A program made the translations under genes and the position numbers. Of a stretch of 16,031 bases of DNA, positions 1-7,970 are shown in pieces (the stretch's first letter is position 1; each line of letters starts with the position of its first letter). Source of the DNA: a virus; the UHGV virus genome UHGV-0259371; one strand, 5' to 3'. The notes beneath the pieces are model-generated. The model did not search any database and had not been told where the DNA came from. It saw nothing but the letters and a program-made list of their open reading frames with translations.

Positions 1-26
1 AATCCGTATCAGTAGTTGATAGTTGT

Positions 27-56
27 ATAGTACCACGGTCCTTGTGGTATGTAAAC
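27..56 (-). promoter_or_regulatory. T4-type early promoter (minus strand): -35 GTTTAC, 18-bp spacer, -10 TACTAT; transcribes leftward out of the window
   Basis: Minus strand reads GTTTAC-ATACCACAAGGACCGTGG-TACTAT with an A/T-rich upstream element (TTTTTTCACAAAAC). Same architecture recurs at five other intergenic sites. Confidence 0.6.
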
Positions 57-74
57 CGTTTTGTGAAAAAATTT

Positions 75-632
75 TTAAATGGAAAGATACCATCCGTTGT
101 AGTTGCTTTTTCTTACAACCTTACGAAGGTCTTCTCTGTCACCGATGAACTTCGGAGTGTACTGGATGACACCTGGATGAATTTCTTTAGTGTTGAATAT
201 AATTATACAGTCAGCGACTTGATGATTTAGAATGGGCCCTAAATTTATTCCAGAACCATATGGATACTCTCCGCTGCATCCCGTTGTTACCGAAATCCAA
301 CGCGAGTCAGTTTGATGTGTTTTGACTTCTACACGAAGCCCGCAATATTTTGGATGCGCTAAAACATCCCATGCATACGTGTACGGATCATCGACATTTT
401 CTTGGCCTTTATTGACATATCCGCTTAGCCAATCTGCCACAAAAAACTCTGCGTACACAGCGATACGGCATCTTTCGATAACTTCTGCTTTATCCTGGTT
501 CGGGTTTTGTTTTAAAGAGTATCTTGCTGTATCAGCAATTTTGACCTTCATTTCACTAGTCAAGTCACTGTTCGATAGGGTAAATGTCGGAATCTGAAAT
601 AGTCTCTGTAAACCCGGATTCGTTTTCTGCAT
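75..632 (-). CDS. denB: Endonuclease IV (DenB)-like protein, 185 aa
   Basis: 185-aa ORF immediately downstream of rIIB on the same strand; length and position match T4 denB as I recall it. RBS AAGGAAAG before the ATG. No catalytic motif verified by eye. Confidence 0.55.
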   Translation of the reverse strand: MQKTNPGLQRLFQIPTFTLSNSDLTSEMKVKIADTARYSLKQNPNQDKAEVIERCRIAVYAEFFVADWLSGYVNKGQENVDDPYTYAWDVLAHPKYCGLRVEVKTHQTDSRWISVTTGCSGEYPYGSGINLGPILNHQVADCIIIFNTKEIHPGVIQYTPKFIGDREDLRKVVRKSNYNGWYLSI

Positions 633-676
633 TTAAACTTTCCTTTATGTCGGAATCATAATTTCTCTTAAAACAA

Positions 677-692
677 AAGGGCCGAAGCCCTT
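677..692 (-). terminator. C(UUCG)G tetraloop hairpin (AAGGGC-UUCG-GCCCUU) directly after the 64-aa ORF stop; terminator or RNA-stabilising element
   Basis: 6-bp GC-rich stem with UUCG loop on the minus-strand transcript, followed by UUUUGUUUU. Identical 20-mer recurs at 909-928. Confidence 0.6.
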
Positions 693-695
693 ATT

Positions 696-890
696 TTATT
701 TGAATTGTGCGATTCTTTTCTCTAGACACTCAGCATAAGATTTCATTGAGATGAACTGCGAAAGTAGCAGTTCTTGCTCAACTGCGTTAACTGTTAGAAA
801 CTTTGCGCTTTCTAAAAATTTGCTCAGTGCATTAATTTTGAGCATTAATTGATCGTATTCTTCTTTTACTCGTGCTTGATAACCTAACAT
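696..890 (-). CDS. Hypothetical small protein, 64 aa, between rIIB and denB
   Basis: ORF with ATG start and RBS AAGGAAAAUUAUG; flanked on both sides by identical UUCG hairpins. No recognisable motif. Confidence 0.5.
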   Translation of the reverse strand: MLGYQARVKEEYDQLMLKINALSKFLESAKFLTVNAVEQELLLSQFISMKSYAECLEKRIAQFK

Positions 891-908
891 AATTTTCCTT
901 AATATGAT

Positions 909-924
909 AAGGGCCGAAGCCCTT
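909..924 (-). terminator. C(UUCG)G tetraloop hairpin overlapping the rIIB stop codon
   Basis: Same AAGGGCUUCGGCCCUU hairpin as at 677-692; sits between the rIIB stop and the RBS of the 64-aa ORF. Confidence 0.55.
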
Positions 925-1861
925 ATTTAAATTGTTCAGTAACGTCTTCAACTACTTCGTATTGGCAGGTACGCATTTTAGCATCGTTGTAATCAATCGG
1001 AATTGATACTACATCACGTGGATGTACTTTAACTTTTACAACTCGGCTGGTTGAACTGCCAAAGTGACGAATATAAGATTTAGAACATACATGCAGACCA
1101 CGAGAACAAGTTTGTGTATCATCGTCATTCACACGAGTACGCGGCATTTTAACTACTTTACCAGGACTGTTATCAAAGGTGTTTGAGTGACAGTCAAAGT
1201 AGTTGTCACGAACTACTTTCCAAGCATAGAAGTAACCATCTTCTGTAATTTCAATATCGTTTGCTACCAAGAAATCAAAGAGTCGAGATACCGCTTTCTG
1301 GCTTGGGTTTTCCAGCAGATTTTCCAAGAACGGAAAATAAAATTCAAAGTTTTCACCTTTTTCCATCGAATCGAGAATACGATCAACTAAACCAGACCGT
1401 AATTCGATATTTTGATAGAACAAGCTTCCGCCTTCAATTCGAACATCGCCGGAAATATATTTTTCAACAGCGCGACGAACATTAATTTTTTGTGCCGCTT
1501 CTTCCAACTTATCTGCTACAAGCAGATTAAGAATTTCCTGGAAGTTTGAATGAGTATTAGGAGTTGCGTTATAAGTTACACCGTCAACAGTAATTGAAAT
1601 GAATTTTTTAGATGCATTCCAAATAATGTCAGATTTAGCAACTGGAGCAATAACTGCATCGCTATTAACTTTAATTGTAATATCACCGCTAATAGTAACT
1701 TTAGAGCGTTTAGCTTCTTCAGCATTTTTCAAAACACGACGAATTGTGTCAACCGATACACCTTGCCAATCAGCCAATTCCTGTTGGGTGTAATTACCAC
1801 TTGAATACAGCTTAACAATTTCAGCTTGTTCGTTTTTGGTCAGGCATTTAATATTGTACAT
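923..1861 (-). CDS. rIIB: rIIB protein, 312 aa
   Basis: 312 aa (the T4 rIIB length), immediately downstream of a 725-aa rIIA ORF with an 11-nt junction; classic AAGGAAAAUUAUG initiation region. Confidence 0.85.
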   Translation of the reverse strand: MYNIKCLTKNEQAEIVKLYSSGNYTQQELADWQGVSVDTIRRVLKNAEEAKRSKVTISGDITIKVNSDAVIAPVAKSDIIWNASKKFISITVDGVTYNATPNTHSNFQEILNLLVADKLEEAAQKINVRRAVEKYISGDVRIEGGSLFYQNIELRSGLVDRILDSMEKGENFEFYFPFLENLLENPSQKAVSRLFDFLVANDIEITEDGYFYAWKVVRDNYFDCHSNTFDNSPGKVVKMPRTRVNDDDTQTCSRGLHVCSKSYIRHFGSSTSRVVKVKVHPRDVVSIPIDYNDAKMRTCQYEVVEDVTEQFK

Positions 1862-1872
1862 AATTTTCCTTA

Positions 1873-4050
1873 TTAGGCCGCAAGGGCCTTCATAGTTTTA
1901 GCGATTTGGGAAACTTCATCATCACTTAAAGAGTTGCGATAACCGATGAAGTCGGAAACAATACGGAATTTCTTGGTAAACTCAGCAACCATTTTATCAC
2001 TATTTTTTGAAGCATTACGTGATAATTCATCAAAGAGATTAGTTACTGTCCAGATATCATGACCGATGGTATCTTTTCCACCATTGAAATACACACCGCG
2101 TAATGAACTAACCATATTACCAAGTCGTGTATATTCTTCAGAAACTTCATCTGTACTGAAGTACTTCATCATAAAATCTAGTTCAGGATACTTGATAATT
2201 TTATCAATATATCGTTGAGCTGAACTTGAATAACCTACATACTTATCATAATCTACATCATCAAAAGCATCTACATATAAATCACGCAAAGCTTCAAAAA
2301 TACATTGGCACTGACCGAGTTCTTTTACCTTTTTCTGTAAAAGCGGACGAATAACATAAAATTCATTAATGCCAATAAGATTAGCCATACGAATCAAAAT
2401 ATTCATAGATGGATGACAAAGTGATGTAGTACCATCCATAGAGAAAATATCAGAACGATGCATATACGCTACATAACCAGTAATTTCATCTGCTTCTGAC
2501 GTAAGTGTAAATAATTCCTCTTTTTCCCAACGCCCATCTTTAATTTCAAACTTAAATGCTGTAGCAGCTTTAGGACGAGGAGCTTTACTTTTAACTACCT
2601 TTGGAATATAACTTTTTACTAAAGCTTCAATTTCTGACAAATAATGAATGTTAACTTCATCACTTTCAAACATCGCCATAATATCAGGAAGTAAATCAAT
2701 CTGCGATTCTATTTCTGGGTTAATAAACAAAAGGCGTTCGTTATGATGAATATTCAAAGTGTTATTAAATTCACTATCATCTAACGCACGTGCTAATCCA
2801 CGAACAATATTAACACGATTTTTAATATTATCAATAACGATATTAATTTTTGTTGTATTAATACCAAACAGACGATAACTTGATGCAACGGCTGAAGTTT
2901 CATGGCTTTGCTTAATGCGTTTCAGTCGAGGGTCAAGATTTACTTCATACACAACTCCTGCATTGCATAACTTACTGTCAGGTTCAAACATGCTCTGCAT
3001 CTTTTTATATGACAGATTTTTAGTCGTGAATTTGACTGAATTACTAATCATATAATCTCGAGCAGAATACCCCATCTTCATTAATTCGCGATATGTGTGA
3101 CGAGGAGATGTAGATTCTTTAAATCGTTTTACATCTTCATTAAATGCTTTCTCACTGAGTTCTTTAACTCGTTCAATGATATTTTTACGAGTGCGATCAT
3201 CTAGTGAAAGAGCCTCGCGAGATGGAGCAATATCAAGTGAACCCATTGGAAACTTAATGTAATTCACTTCATTGCGAATGCTTAGCCAGTTACGGTCTCT
3301 AATAACACCATCGATAGGATAAACAATACCGCCATAGATAGCATATAATCCACCACGATCAGGCCAGTATCTTTCTGGATTTACACCATAATAATCATCA
3401 AAATCAGGAAAATAATCAATTTCGCGGTCAAGACCATTAATGATAGCCAAATCTTTGAACGGTCGCATGATATAAGAAACTTCATAAGCAAAGTTTCTAA
3501 AGTCTTTTTCTTCAACTGGAACTACGATTTCAATACCAGTTTTATCATCTGGACCCATTTCTTTTACGAATGTAGGTTTAATCTGTGGGCCATCACCATC
3601 CATGTAAGCTACATAACCACGAATTTCACCTTTATGATACGAAGTAATACTAAACGTATCAGTATAACTAAACGGAGATTTAGAACCTAAACCAAATCCG
3701 CCAATAAAGTCATTAGATTCAGCCTTAGATGAACTGAAGTATGAATTATACAGCCCAGGAGAATTATCATCACCCTGAATATCAAAATCACTCATACCCG
3801 GACCAAAATCTCGACAAACAAATCGTGGATCTAATCGTCCTGGAACTTGAATGATAAATTTTTCAGGATTTCCATTAAGTGCATGAGCATCAATCATGTT
3901 AGTAATCAATTCACGGACTACTGCGCGAATCTTGTTTGTATACAAATCAGATGACAGAATTTTAAATACTTTAGGATTTGCTGCGATGCTAAATGCTTTT
4001 GATTTAGAACCATTGCCAAGAATTGTTTCTTTTTCAGTGGTGATAATCAT
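1873..4050 (-). CDS. rIIA: rIIA protein, 725 aa, with N-terminal GHKL-type ATPase motifs
   Basis: 725 aa (the T4 rIIA length). N-terminal motifs ELITNMIDA (ExxxNxxDA), RDFGPGM (DxGxG), GGFGLGSKS (G-rich loop) are readable. Synteny rIIA.1-rIIA-rIIB. Confidence 0.85.
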   Translation of the reverse strand: MIITTEKETILGNGSKSKAFSIAANPKVFKILSSDLYTNKIRAVVRELITNMIDAHALNGNPEKFIIQVPGRLDPRFVCRDFGPGMSDFDIQGDDNSPGLYNSYFSSSKAESNDFIGGFGLGSKSPFSYTDTFSITSYHKGEIRGYVAYMDGDGPQIKPTFVKEMGPDDKTGIEIVVPVEEKDFRNFAYEVSYIMRPFKDLAIINGLDREIDYFPDFDDYYGVNPERYWPDRGGLYAIYGGIVYPIDGVIRDRNWLSIRNEVNYIKFPMGSLDIAPSREALSLDDRTRKNIIERVKELSEKAFNEDVKRFKESTSPRHTYRELMKMGYSARDYMISNSVKFTTKNLSYKKMQSMFEPDSKLCNAGVVYEVNLDPRLKRIKQSHETSAVASSYRLFGINTTKINIVIDNIKNRVNIVRGLARALDDSEFNNTLNIHHNERLLFINPEIESQIDLLPDIMAMFESDEVNIHYLSEIEALVKSYIPKVVKSKAPRPKAATAFKFEIKDGRWEKEELFTLTSEADEITGYVAYMHRSDIFSMDGTTSLCHPSMNILIRMANLIGINEFYVIRPLLQKKVKELGQCQCIFEALRDLYVDAFDDVDYDKYVGYSSSAQRYIDKIIKYPELDFMMKYFSTDEVSEEYTRLGNMVSSLRGVYFNGGKDTIGHDIWTVTNLFDELSRNASKNSDKMVAEFTKKFRIVSDFIGYRNSLSDDEVSQIAKTMKALAA
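1876..1890 (-). other. GC-rich hairpin (AGGCC-CUUGC-GGCCU) encoded by the last codons of rIIA, just upstream of the rIIB RBS
   Basis: 5-bp GC stem seen directly in an otherwise AT-rich region; overlaps rIIA codons ...KALAA-stop. Confidence 0.45.
1990..2014 (-). promoter_or_regulatory. Candidate MotA-dependent middle promoter for rIIB, inside the 3' end of rIIA
   Basis: Minus strand reads ATGCTTCA (MotA-box-like TGCTTCA), 11-nt spacer, TAAAAT, about 130-150 nt upstream of the rIIB start. T4 rIIB is known to have middle promoters in distal rIIA. Confidence 0.35.
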
Positions 4051-4060
4051 AATTTCCTCA

Positions 4061-4264
4061 TTAATTCATATTACGCTTAATAACTTCAGCAACTTCTAGT
4101 AGTTCATCTTTAGTTGCAGTGTCGGATTGAATTTTATCTCTAATATCTTTAAAGCGGTTTTTAAATTCTTCGGCTTCTCCCATATCGAAAAAGCGTTGAA
4201 TGATTCTATATTCTCGATGAACTGCTTTATCAAAAAGTTCTAAATTTACTCTATATGATTTCAT
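4061..4264 (-). CDS. Small early protein, 67 aa (position of T4 rIIA.1)
   Basis: ORF directly upstream of rIIA with RBS GAGGA and an early promoter immediately upstream. Confidence 0.6.
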   Translation of the reverse strand: MKSYRVNLELFDKAVHREYRIIQRFFDMGEAEEFKNRFKDIRDKIQSDTATKDELLEVAEVIKRNMN

Positions 4265-4289
4265 TTCAATATCCTCATTTGCCCAATTA

Positions 4290-4319
4290 ATTATACCACA
4301 TCCTTGTGGTAAAGTAAAC
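4290..4319 (-). promoter_or_regulatory. T4-type early promoter for the rIIA.1-rIIA-rIIB unit
   Basis: Minus strand: GTTTAC-TTTACCACAAGGATGTGG-TATAAT. The G of the gene 39 stop codon TAG is the first base of GTTTAC. Confidence 0.7.
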
Positions 4320-6139
4320 TACTGGCTCATCCATTCTTTACGAAGGTCAGCATTATCTCCCATGAGCATTTCAAAAAGCTCTTTCCAATTCTCAGGAAGT
4401 TTAACAACATCATATACTGGATTTTGAATCATCTCACGATATTCAGATTTTTCCAAAGAGCCAAGTCCCTTAATATAACGGATGCTATGTTTAGGTAGAG
4501 CATCTTTGGCACTCTCATATTCAGCGACTGTATAAAACCATTCTTGTTTTTTACCGACCTGAGCGATGATTACAGGAGTTTTGACAAAGCGAATTCGTCC
4601 TTGCTCAAACAATTCTGGCCAATTACTAAAAAATCCGAGCAGAGAAGGATAAATGCTTCCTAGACCATCATGGTCAGCATCAGTCATAATAGCAATATTG
4701 CGATAATTCAAGTTTTCAGCTTTTTCACCAAGAACTAGACCAGTGATTGCGCAAATATCAAATAGTTCTTTGTTTTTAAGCATATCGGCATATGACATAC
4801 CCCAGCTATTAAGAACTTTACCGCGCAATGGATAACCACCATGAAGTTCTTTATCGCGAACATCAATAAGATATCCGATAGCTGAATCACCCTCAGTCAA
4901 GAACAATGTAGTGTCAGCATCTTTACCGCAAAGATTCGCTTTGATATGTTTATGAACCTTAGCTTTAGAAGCCTTTTTAGCTGCTTTAGTTTCTGCTGCT
5001 TTTTCTGCTGCCAATTTACGAGCTAATGCTGCTTCAATAATTGGCATCAAAATTGCTTCATTATTTAGAATAGCGCGTGAAATCTTTTTAGCATCAAGTT
5101 GAATATGACTACGGATTTCACCAAATGGAGAAGTCAAACGCTCTTTAGTTTGAGAATCAAATCGCATGTTTTTCATATCACGAACAAACATAACGATAGT
5201 CAAACATTCTTTGACACGTGCTTTAGTTACATCAATTTTGAACTTACGTTTGATTTGTGGAATAAGGTCTTCACAAATATCATCCATAACACAGTCAATG
5301 TGATGGCCACCATTCTTAGTGTGAATGTTATTGACGTACGTCAACTGACGAAAACCATCCGGTGAACGACCAACCGCAATAGAACAATTTTCTTGTTCTT
5401 GAACAATAGCATGTTCATCATACTGTCGTGCATATTTCTTAAAATTGCCCTGAACCTTTTTACCATTAAAGGTAAATTGAATATCAGGATAAACAACAGC
5501 AAGTGTTTGGAGACGATCTAGTGTAATGTCAAGATAAACTTGGGACAGCTCATTAGTTTCAAATGACATAAAATCAGGAATGAAAGTAACACGGGTTCCT
5601 TTCCATTTTCCAGGAATATCTTCCCATGATTTATTTTCCATGCCGTTTGAACAACGAACTACAATATTATTTTGACCATCACCAGTTTCACCGACAAACA
5701 TCACAGAAAAAATGTTTGTCAAACTAGAACCAACACCATTCATACCACCGGTGACGCGTTCTTTATCATCACCGAAGTTACCACCTGCTTTTGGAATAGT
5801 CCACGCAGCAACAGGACCAGGAATTTCTTCACCGGTAGGTGTTTTAACCATCGCTTGTGGAATACCGCGACCGTTATCTTCAACTGTTACTTGATTGTTT
5901 TTAATAGTAACATTAATTTTATTTGCGAATTTAAACTTAGTACGAATACCTTCATCTACTGAGTTATCGATAATTTCATCAATAAGCTTAACAAGACCAG
6001 GTACATACTGAACACTTTCCCATTTACCAAACAGAAAGCGCTCATGCATTTCATTAGCAGAAGAGCCAATGTACATGCCGCTACGCTTTTTGATATGTTC
6101 AATATCGCTCAGAATTTTAATTTCATTCTTAATCATCAC
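4319..6139 (-). CDS. 39: DNA topoisomerase II large subunit (GyrB-like ATPase + TOPRIM), 606 aa, unsplit
   Basis: GHKL motifs IDEIIDNSVDEG, EDNGRGIP, GGMNGVGSS; TOPRIM motifs LTEGDSA and MTDADHDG. Sits upstream of rIIA.1/rIIA as in T-even phages. Confidence 0.9.
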   Translation of the reverse strand: MMIKNEIKILSDIEHIKKRSGMYIGSSANEMHERFLFGKWESVQYVPGLVKLIDEIIDNSVDEGIRTKFKFANKINVTIKNNQVTVEDNGRGIPQAMVKTPTGEEIPGPVAAWTIPKAGGNFGDDKERVTGGMNGVGSSLTNIFSVMFVGETGDGQNNIVVRCSNGMENKSWEDIPGKWKGTRVTFIPDFMSFETNELSQVYLDITLDRLQTLAVVYPDIQFTFNGKKVQGNFKKYARQYDEHAIVQEQENCSIAVGRSPDGFRQLTYVNNIHTKNGGHHIDCVMDDICEDLIPQIKRKFKIDVTKARVKECLTIVMFVRDMKNMRFDSQTKERLTSPFGEIRSHIQLDAKKISRAILNNEAILMPIIEAALARKLAAEKAAETKAAKKASKAKVHKHIKANLCGKDADTTLFLTEGDSAIGYLIDVRDKELHGGYPLRGKVLNSWGMSYADMLKNKELFDICAITGLVLGEKAENLNYRNIAIMTDADHDGLGSIYPSLLGFFSNWPELFEQGRIRFVKTPVIIAQVGKKQEWFYTVAEYESAKDALPKHSIRYIKGLGSLEKSEYREMIQNPVYDVVKLPENWKELFEMLMGDNADLRKEWMSQ

Positions 6140-6163
6140 TTATCCTCGTTTGGTTTCGGGAAT

Positions 6164-6188
6164 ATTATACTCCGGTAATCATAAAGCT
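6164..6188 (-). promoter_or_regulatory. Candidate middle-type promoter upstream of gene 39 (MotA-box-like AGCTTTA, 12 nt, TATAAT)
   Basis: Minus strand: TTTAGCTTTA-TGATTACCGGAG-TATAAT, then GAGGA RBS and ATG. Box differs from consensus TGCTTTA at one position. Confidence 0.4.
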
Positions 6189-6190
6189 AA

Positions 6191-6206
6191 AGGCCCGAAG
6201 GCCTTT
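6191..6206 (-). terminator. C(UUCG)G hairpin (AGGCC-UUCG-GGCCU) between the lipoprotein gene and gene 39
   Basis: GC-rich stem with UUCG loop on the minus transcript, overlapping the lipoprotein stop codon. Confidence 0.5.
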
Positions 6207-6475
6207 TATTTAAAACGAATAGTTGAATCCTTAAAGAACAGCCCAGAACATACTGTTCCTTCTACTTTCTGCCCGGTAGGTCCAATAGCACGAAATCCAG
6301 TATGTTGGAAATCATTTTCAGAGCAACCGAACCAGTTATATCCAGTGATTTCAATATTAGTAAAACCACTTGAAGATAAAACTTTGGTTGCATTATCAGC
6401 ATCAGTACATCCTGCTAAAGACACTGCTAATACTAATGCTGCGATAGAACGATTAATATATTTCATAATTTTCAC
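6206..6475 (-). CDS. Predicted lipoprotein, 89 aa (signal peptide plus lipobox LAGC)
   Basis: N-terminus MKIMKYINRSIAALVLAVSLAGC: basic n-region, hydrophobic h-region, lipobox L-A-G-C with Cys at ~23; Thr at +2; two further Cys in the mature part. Track start is GTG; ATG three codons in is an alternative. Confidence 0.6.
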   Translation of the reverse strand: MKIMKYINRSIAALVLAVSLAGCTDADNATKVLSSSGFTNIEITGYNWFGCSENDFQHTGFRAIGPTGQKVEGTVCSGLFFKDSTIRFK

Positions 6476-6849
6476 TCAAATTTAATGGCTTGAAGAAGAC
6501 TAATAATTCTCAAGCGACTTCTTTCATCTTTAACTGTAAAAGAAAGAGGGTCGCCAGATTTCATGGTAATAGTGCATTCAAAATCAAAATCTTCTGTGAC
6601 TTCTTCGAAGAAGTCAAATTCTTCATCATAAATTAGAACATTACTCTGAAAACTGTGAAGAATTTTTCCATCATTTCCGGATGCTGTACTAATCATTGTA
6701 ACATTATGACCTTTCATATCTTCAACGATAAATTCGCTTGTAGATATTACAGCATTAATAGAACCATTCCTATAAATAGCAGACATTAGATATTTCTTTT
6801 CTTCGCCTTCGCGAATACGATATTTCTTACCGATTTTAAACATAATCAC
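6472..6849 (-). CDS. Hypothetical protein, 125 aa
   Basis: ORF in the early operon, overlapping neighbours by 4 nt on each side; GTG or downstream ATG start. No motif recognised. Confidence 0.5.
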   Translation of the reverse strand: MIMFKIGKKYRIREGEEKKYLMSAIYRNGSINAVISTSEFIVEDMKGHNVTMISTASGNDGKILHSFQSNVLIYDEEFDFFEEVTEDFDFECTITMKSGDPLSFTVKDERSRLRIISLLQAIKFE

Positions 6850-7022
6850 CCTTTAAGTAAATCGTAAAAACCACCATTCACATGCTTAGGAGCAGAAGGC
6901 CGACGAGTAGACAAACGATGACATTTAGGGCAAACATCATTTTCTCGTTCAGAAATCTTTTTAATTTTTTCATATTCATGCCCGCAATCTTTAGATTGGC
7001 ATTTATAATCATACATCGGCAT
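6846..7022 (-). CDS. Small zinc-ribbon protein, 58 aa (FmdB-family-like), absent from the ORF track
   Basis: Hand translation: MPMYDYKCQSKDCGHEYEKIKKISERENDVCPKCHRLSTRRPSAPKHVNGGFYDLLKG. Two Cys pairs (C-x4-C ... C-x2-C); RBS AAGGAA before ATG; fills the gap between the 141-aa and 125-aa ORFs exactly. Confidence 0.6.
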   Translation of the reverse strand: MPMYDYKCQSKDCGHEYEKIKKISERENDVCPKCHRLSTRRPSAPKHVNGGFYDLLKG

Positions 7023-7024
7023 AA

Positions 7025-7450
7025 TTATTCCTTAAAATGTGCTTTCAACATCTGATACAAGGACCATGCCTGTTCATTATTTTCAATAGTAACTTTCATG
7101 ACTGGGAATTCTGTGAAATCTTCTATTTGTTCTTGCTCTTGCTCTTCCTGCTCTTGCTCTTCAGCTGCCTGATATGGATTTTCCACTTCATCAAAGAACT
7201 CGGCTTCGTTAGTAGAGAGCCAGATAAAGTTTTCGTCAAGGATATCACCATGTGTTGCATATCCAATTGTGCCAGTAAATGACATAATTTTAGTAGGACG
7301 ACCAAGATGGTCAACATCTAAAATTTTAAAAGGATGCATACCTAAACGTCGTGCATAAATTCCGTTATCAGTATGGTCTTTAATAAAAGCTTCTTGAGCT
7401 TGTTTATTTTTAAATTGATACCATTTATTAACTTCAAATTTAATAGCCAT
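7025..7450 (-). CDS. Acidic early protein, 141 aa, with an [12 protein letters not shown] tract (possibly the goF equivalent by position)
   Basis: ORF between the zinc-ribbon ORF and a 71-aa ORF. Length and position fit T4 goF as I recall it, but this is not verified. Confidence 0.5.
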   Translation of the reverse strand: MAIKFEVNKWYQFKNKQAQEAFIKDHTDNGIYARRLGMHPFKILDVDHLGRPTKIMSFTGTIGYATHGDILDENFIWLSTNEAEFFDEVENPYQAAEEQEQEEQEQEQIEDFTEFPVMKVTIENNEQAWSLYQMLKAHFKE

Positions 7451-7665
7451 TAATAAATTTCCTTCCAGTAAGTTGTACCGTCTTCAGTGATTTCACGGAA
7501 TACACCATAAATCGGTTGTTTATCACCAACCTTTTCATACACATAAACCGAAGTCAAGTGAGTAAACTTGATGGTGTGTTCCTTTTGAACTACTACCAAA
7601 TCTGGATCGAATAATACATCTTCAAATTCGTCATTAGTGCAATTCTGAACAATTTTACGTTTCAT
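7450..7665 (-). CDS. Small early protein, 71 aa (possibly the cef equivalent by position)
   Basis: ORF with 1-nt start/stop overlap with the 141-aa ORF. Assignment is positional only. Confidence 0.45.
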   Translation of the reverse strand: MKRKIVQNCTNDEFEDVLFDPDLVVVQKEHTIKFTHLTSVYVYEKVGDKQPIYGVFREITEDGTTYWKEIY

Positions 7666-7678
7666 TACAATTTCCTCA

Positions 7679-7960
7679 TTAATTGAACAGTGGAGCGATG
7701 CGTTTCAGAAGAGTAGCAGCACCTTTGGCAAATTTTACATCATGAAAAACAGTTTCTTCTTCCGTTACAACACGAGCTTTAATGTTTTCACAATCCCAAT
7801 TTTTGCGAACAATCTTCAAAAGCTGCAGTAAATCTTTACATTCAGCAATATCGATAACACATCCACGAGAATCTTCCATTATCGCACGATAACCATAAGC
7901 CATACCATAATCATTGAAAGATTGCTCGATGATAATTAAGTTTTCCATTTTATTCTCCAA
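7679..7960 (-). CDS. Hypothetical early protein, 93 aa
   Basis: ORF immediately downstream of the promoter-like repeat region at 7961-8045. Confidence 0.5.
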   Translation of the reverse strand: MENKMENLIIIEQSFNDYGMAYGYRAIMEDSRGCVIDIAECKDLLQLLKIVRKNWDCENIKARVVTEEETVFHDVKFAKGAATLLKRIAPLFN

Positions 7961-7970
7961 GTTGTTTTCT

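Noticed and set aside
677-928. Identical hairpin repeats as terminal inverted repeats of a transposable element
   Set aside because: The repeats are direct, not inverted, and only 20 bp. The enclosed ORF is 64 aa with no transposase features, and the repeat is the common T4-type C(UUCG)G hairpin. Kept as a finding only for possible cassette behaviour.
4265-6205. Homing endonuclease (mobA-like) or gene 60 bypass element within the topoisomerase region
   Set aside because: The topoisomerase ORF is contiguous from ATPase to C-terminus, and the 54-bp gap before rIIA.1 holds only a promoter; there is no room for an endonuclease ORF.
6991-7005. Late-promoter-like TATAAAT on the minus strand
   Set aside because: It falls inside codons 5-7 of the zinc-ribbon ORF, matches only 7 of 8 positions of TATAAATA, and such A/T octamers are expected by chance at this base composition.
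7538-7567. Extra GTTTAC on the minus strand inside the 71-aa ORF as another early promoter
   Set aside because: No TATAAT-like hexamer at 17-19 bp spacing (TGTGTA at the expected position), and it lies within coding sequence.
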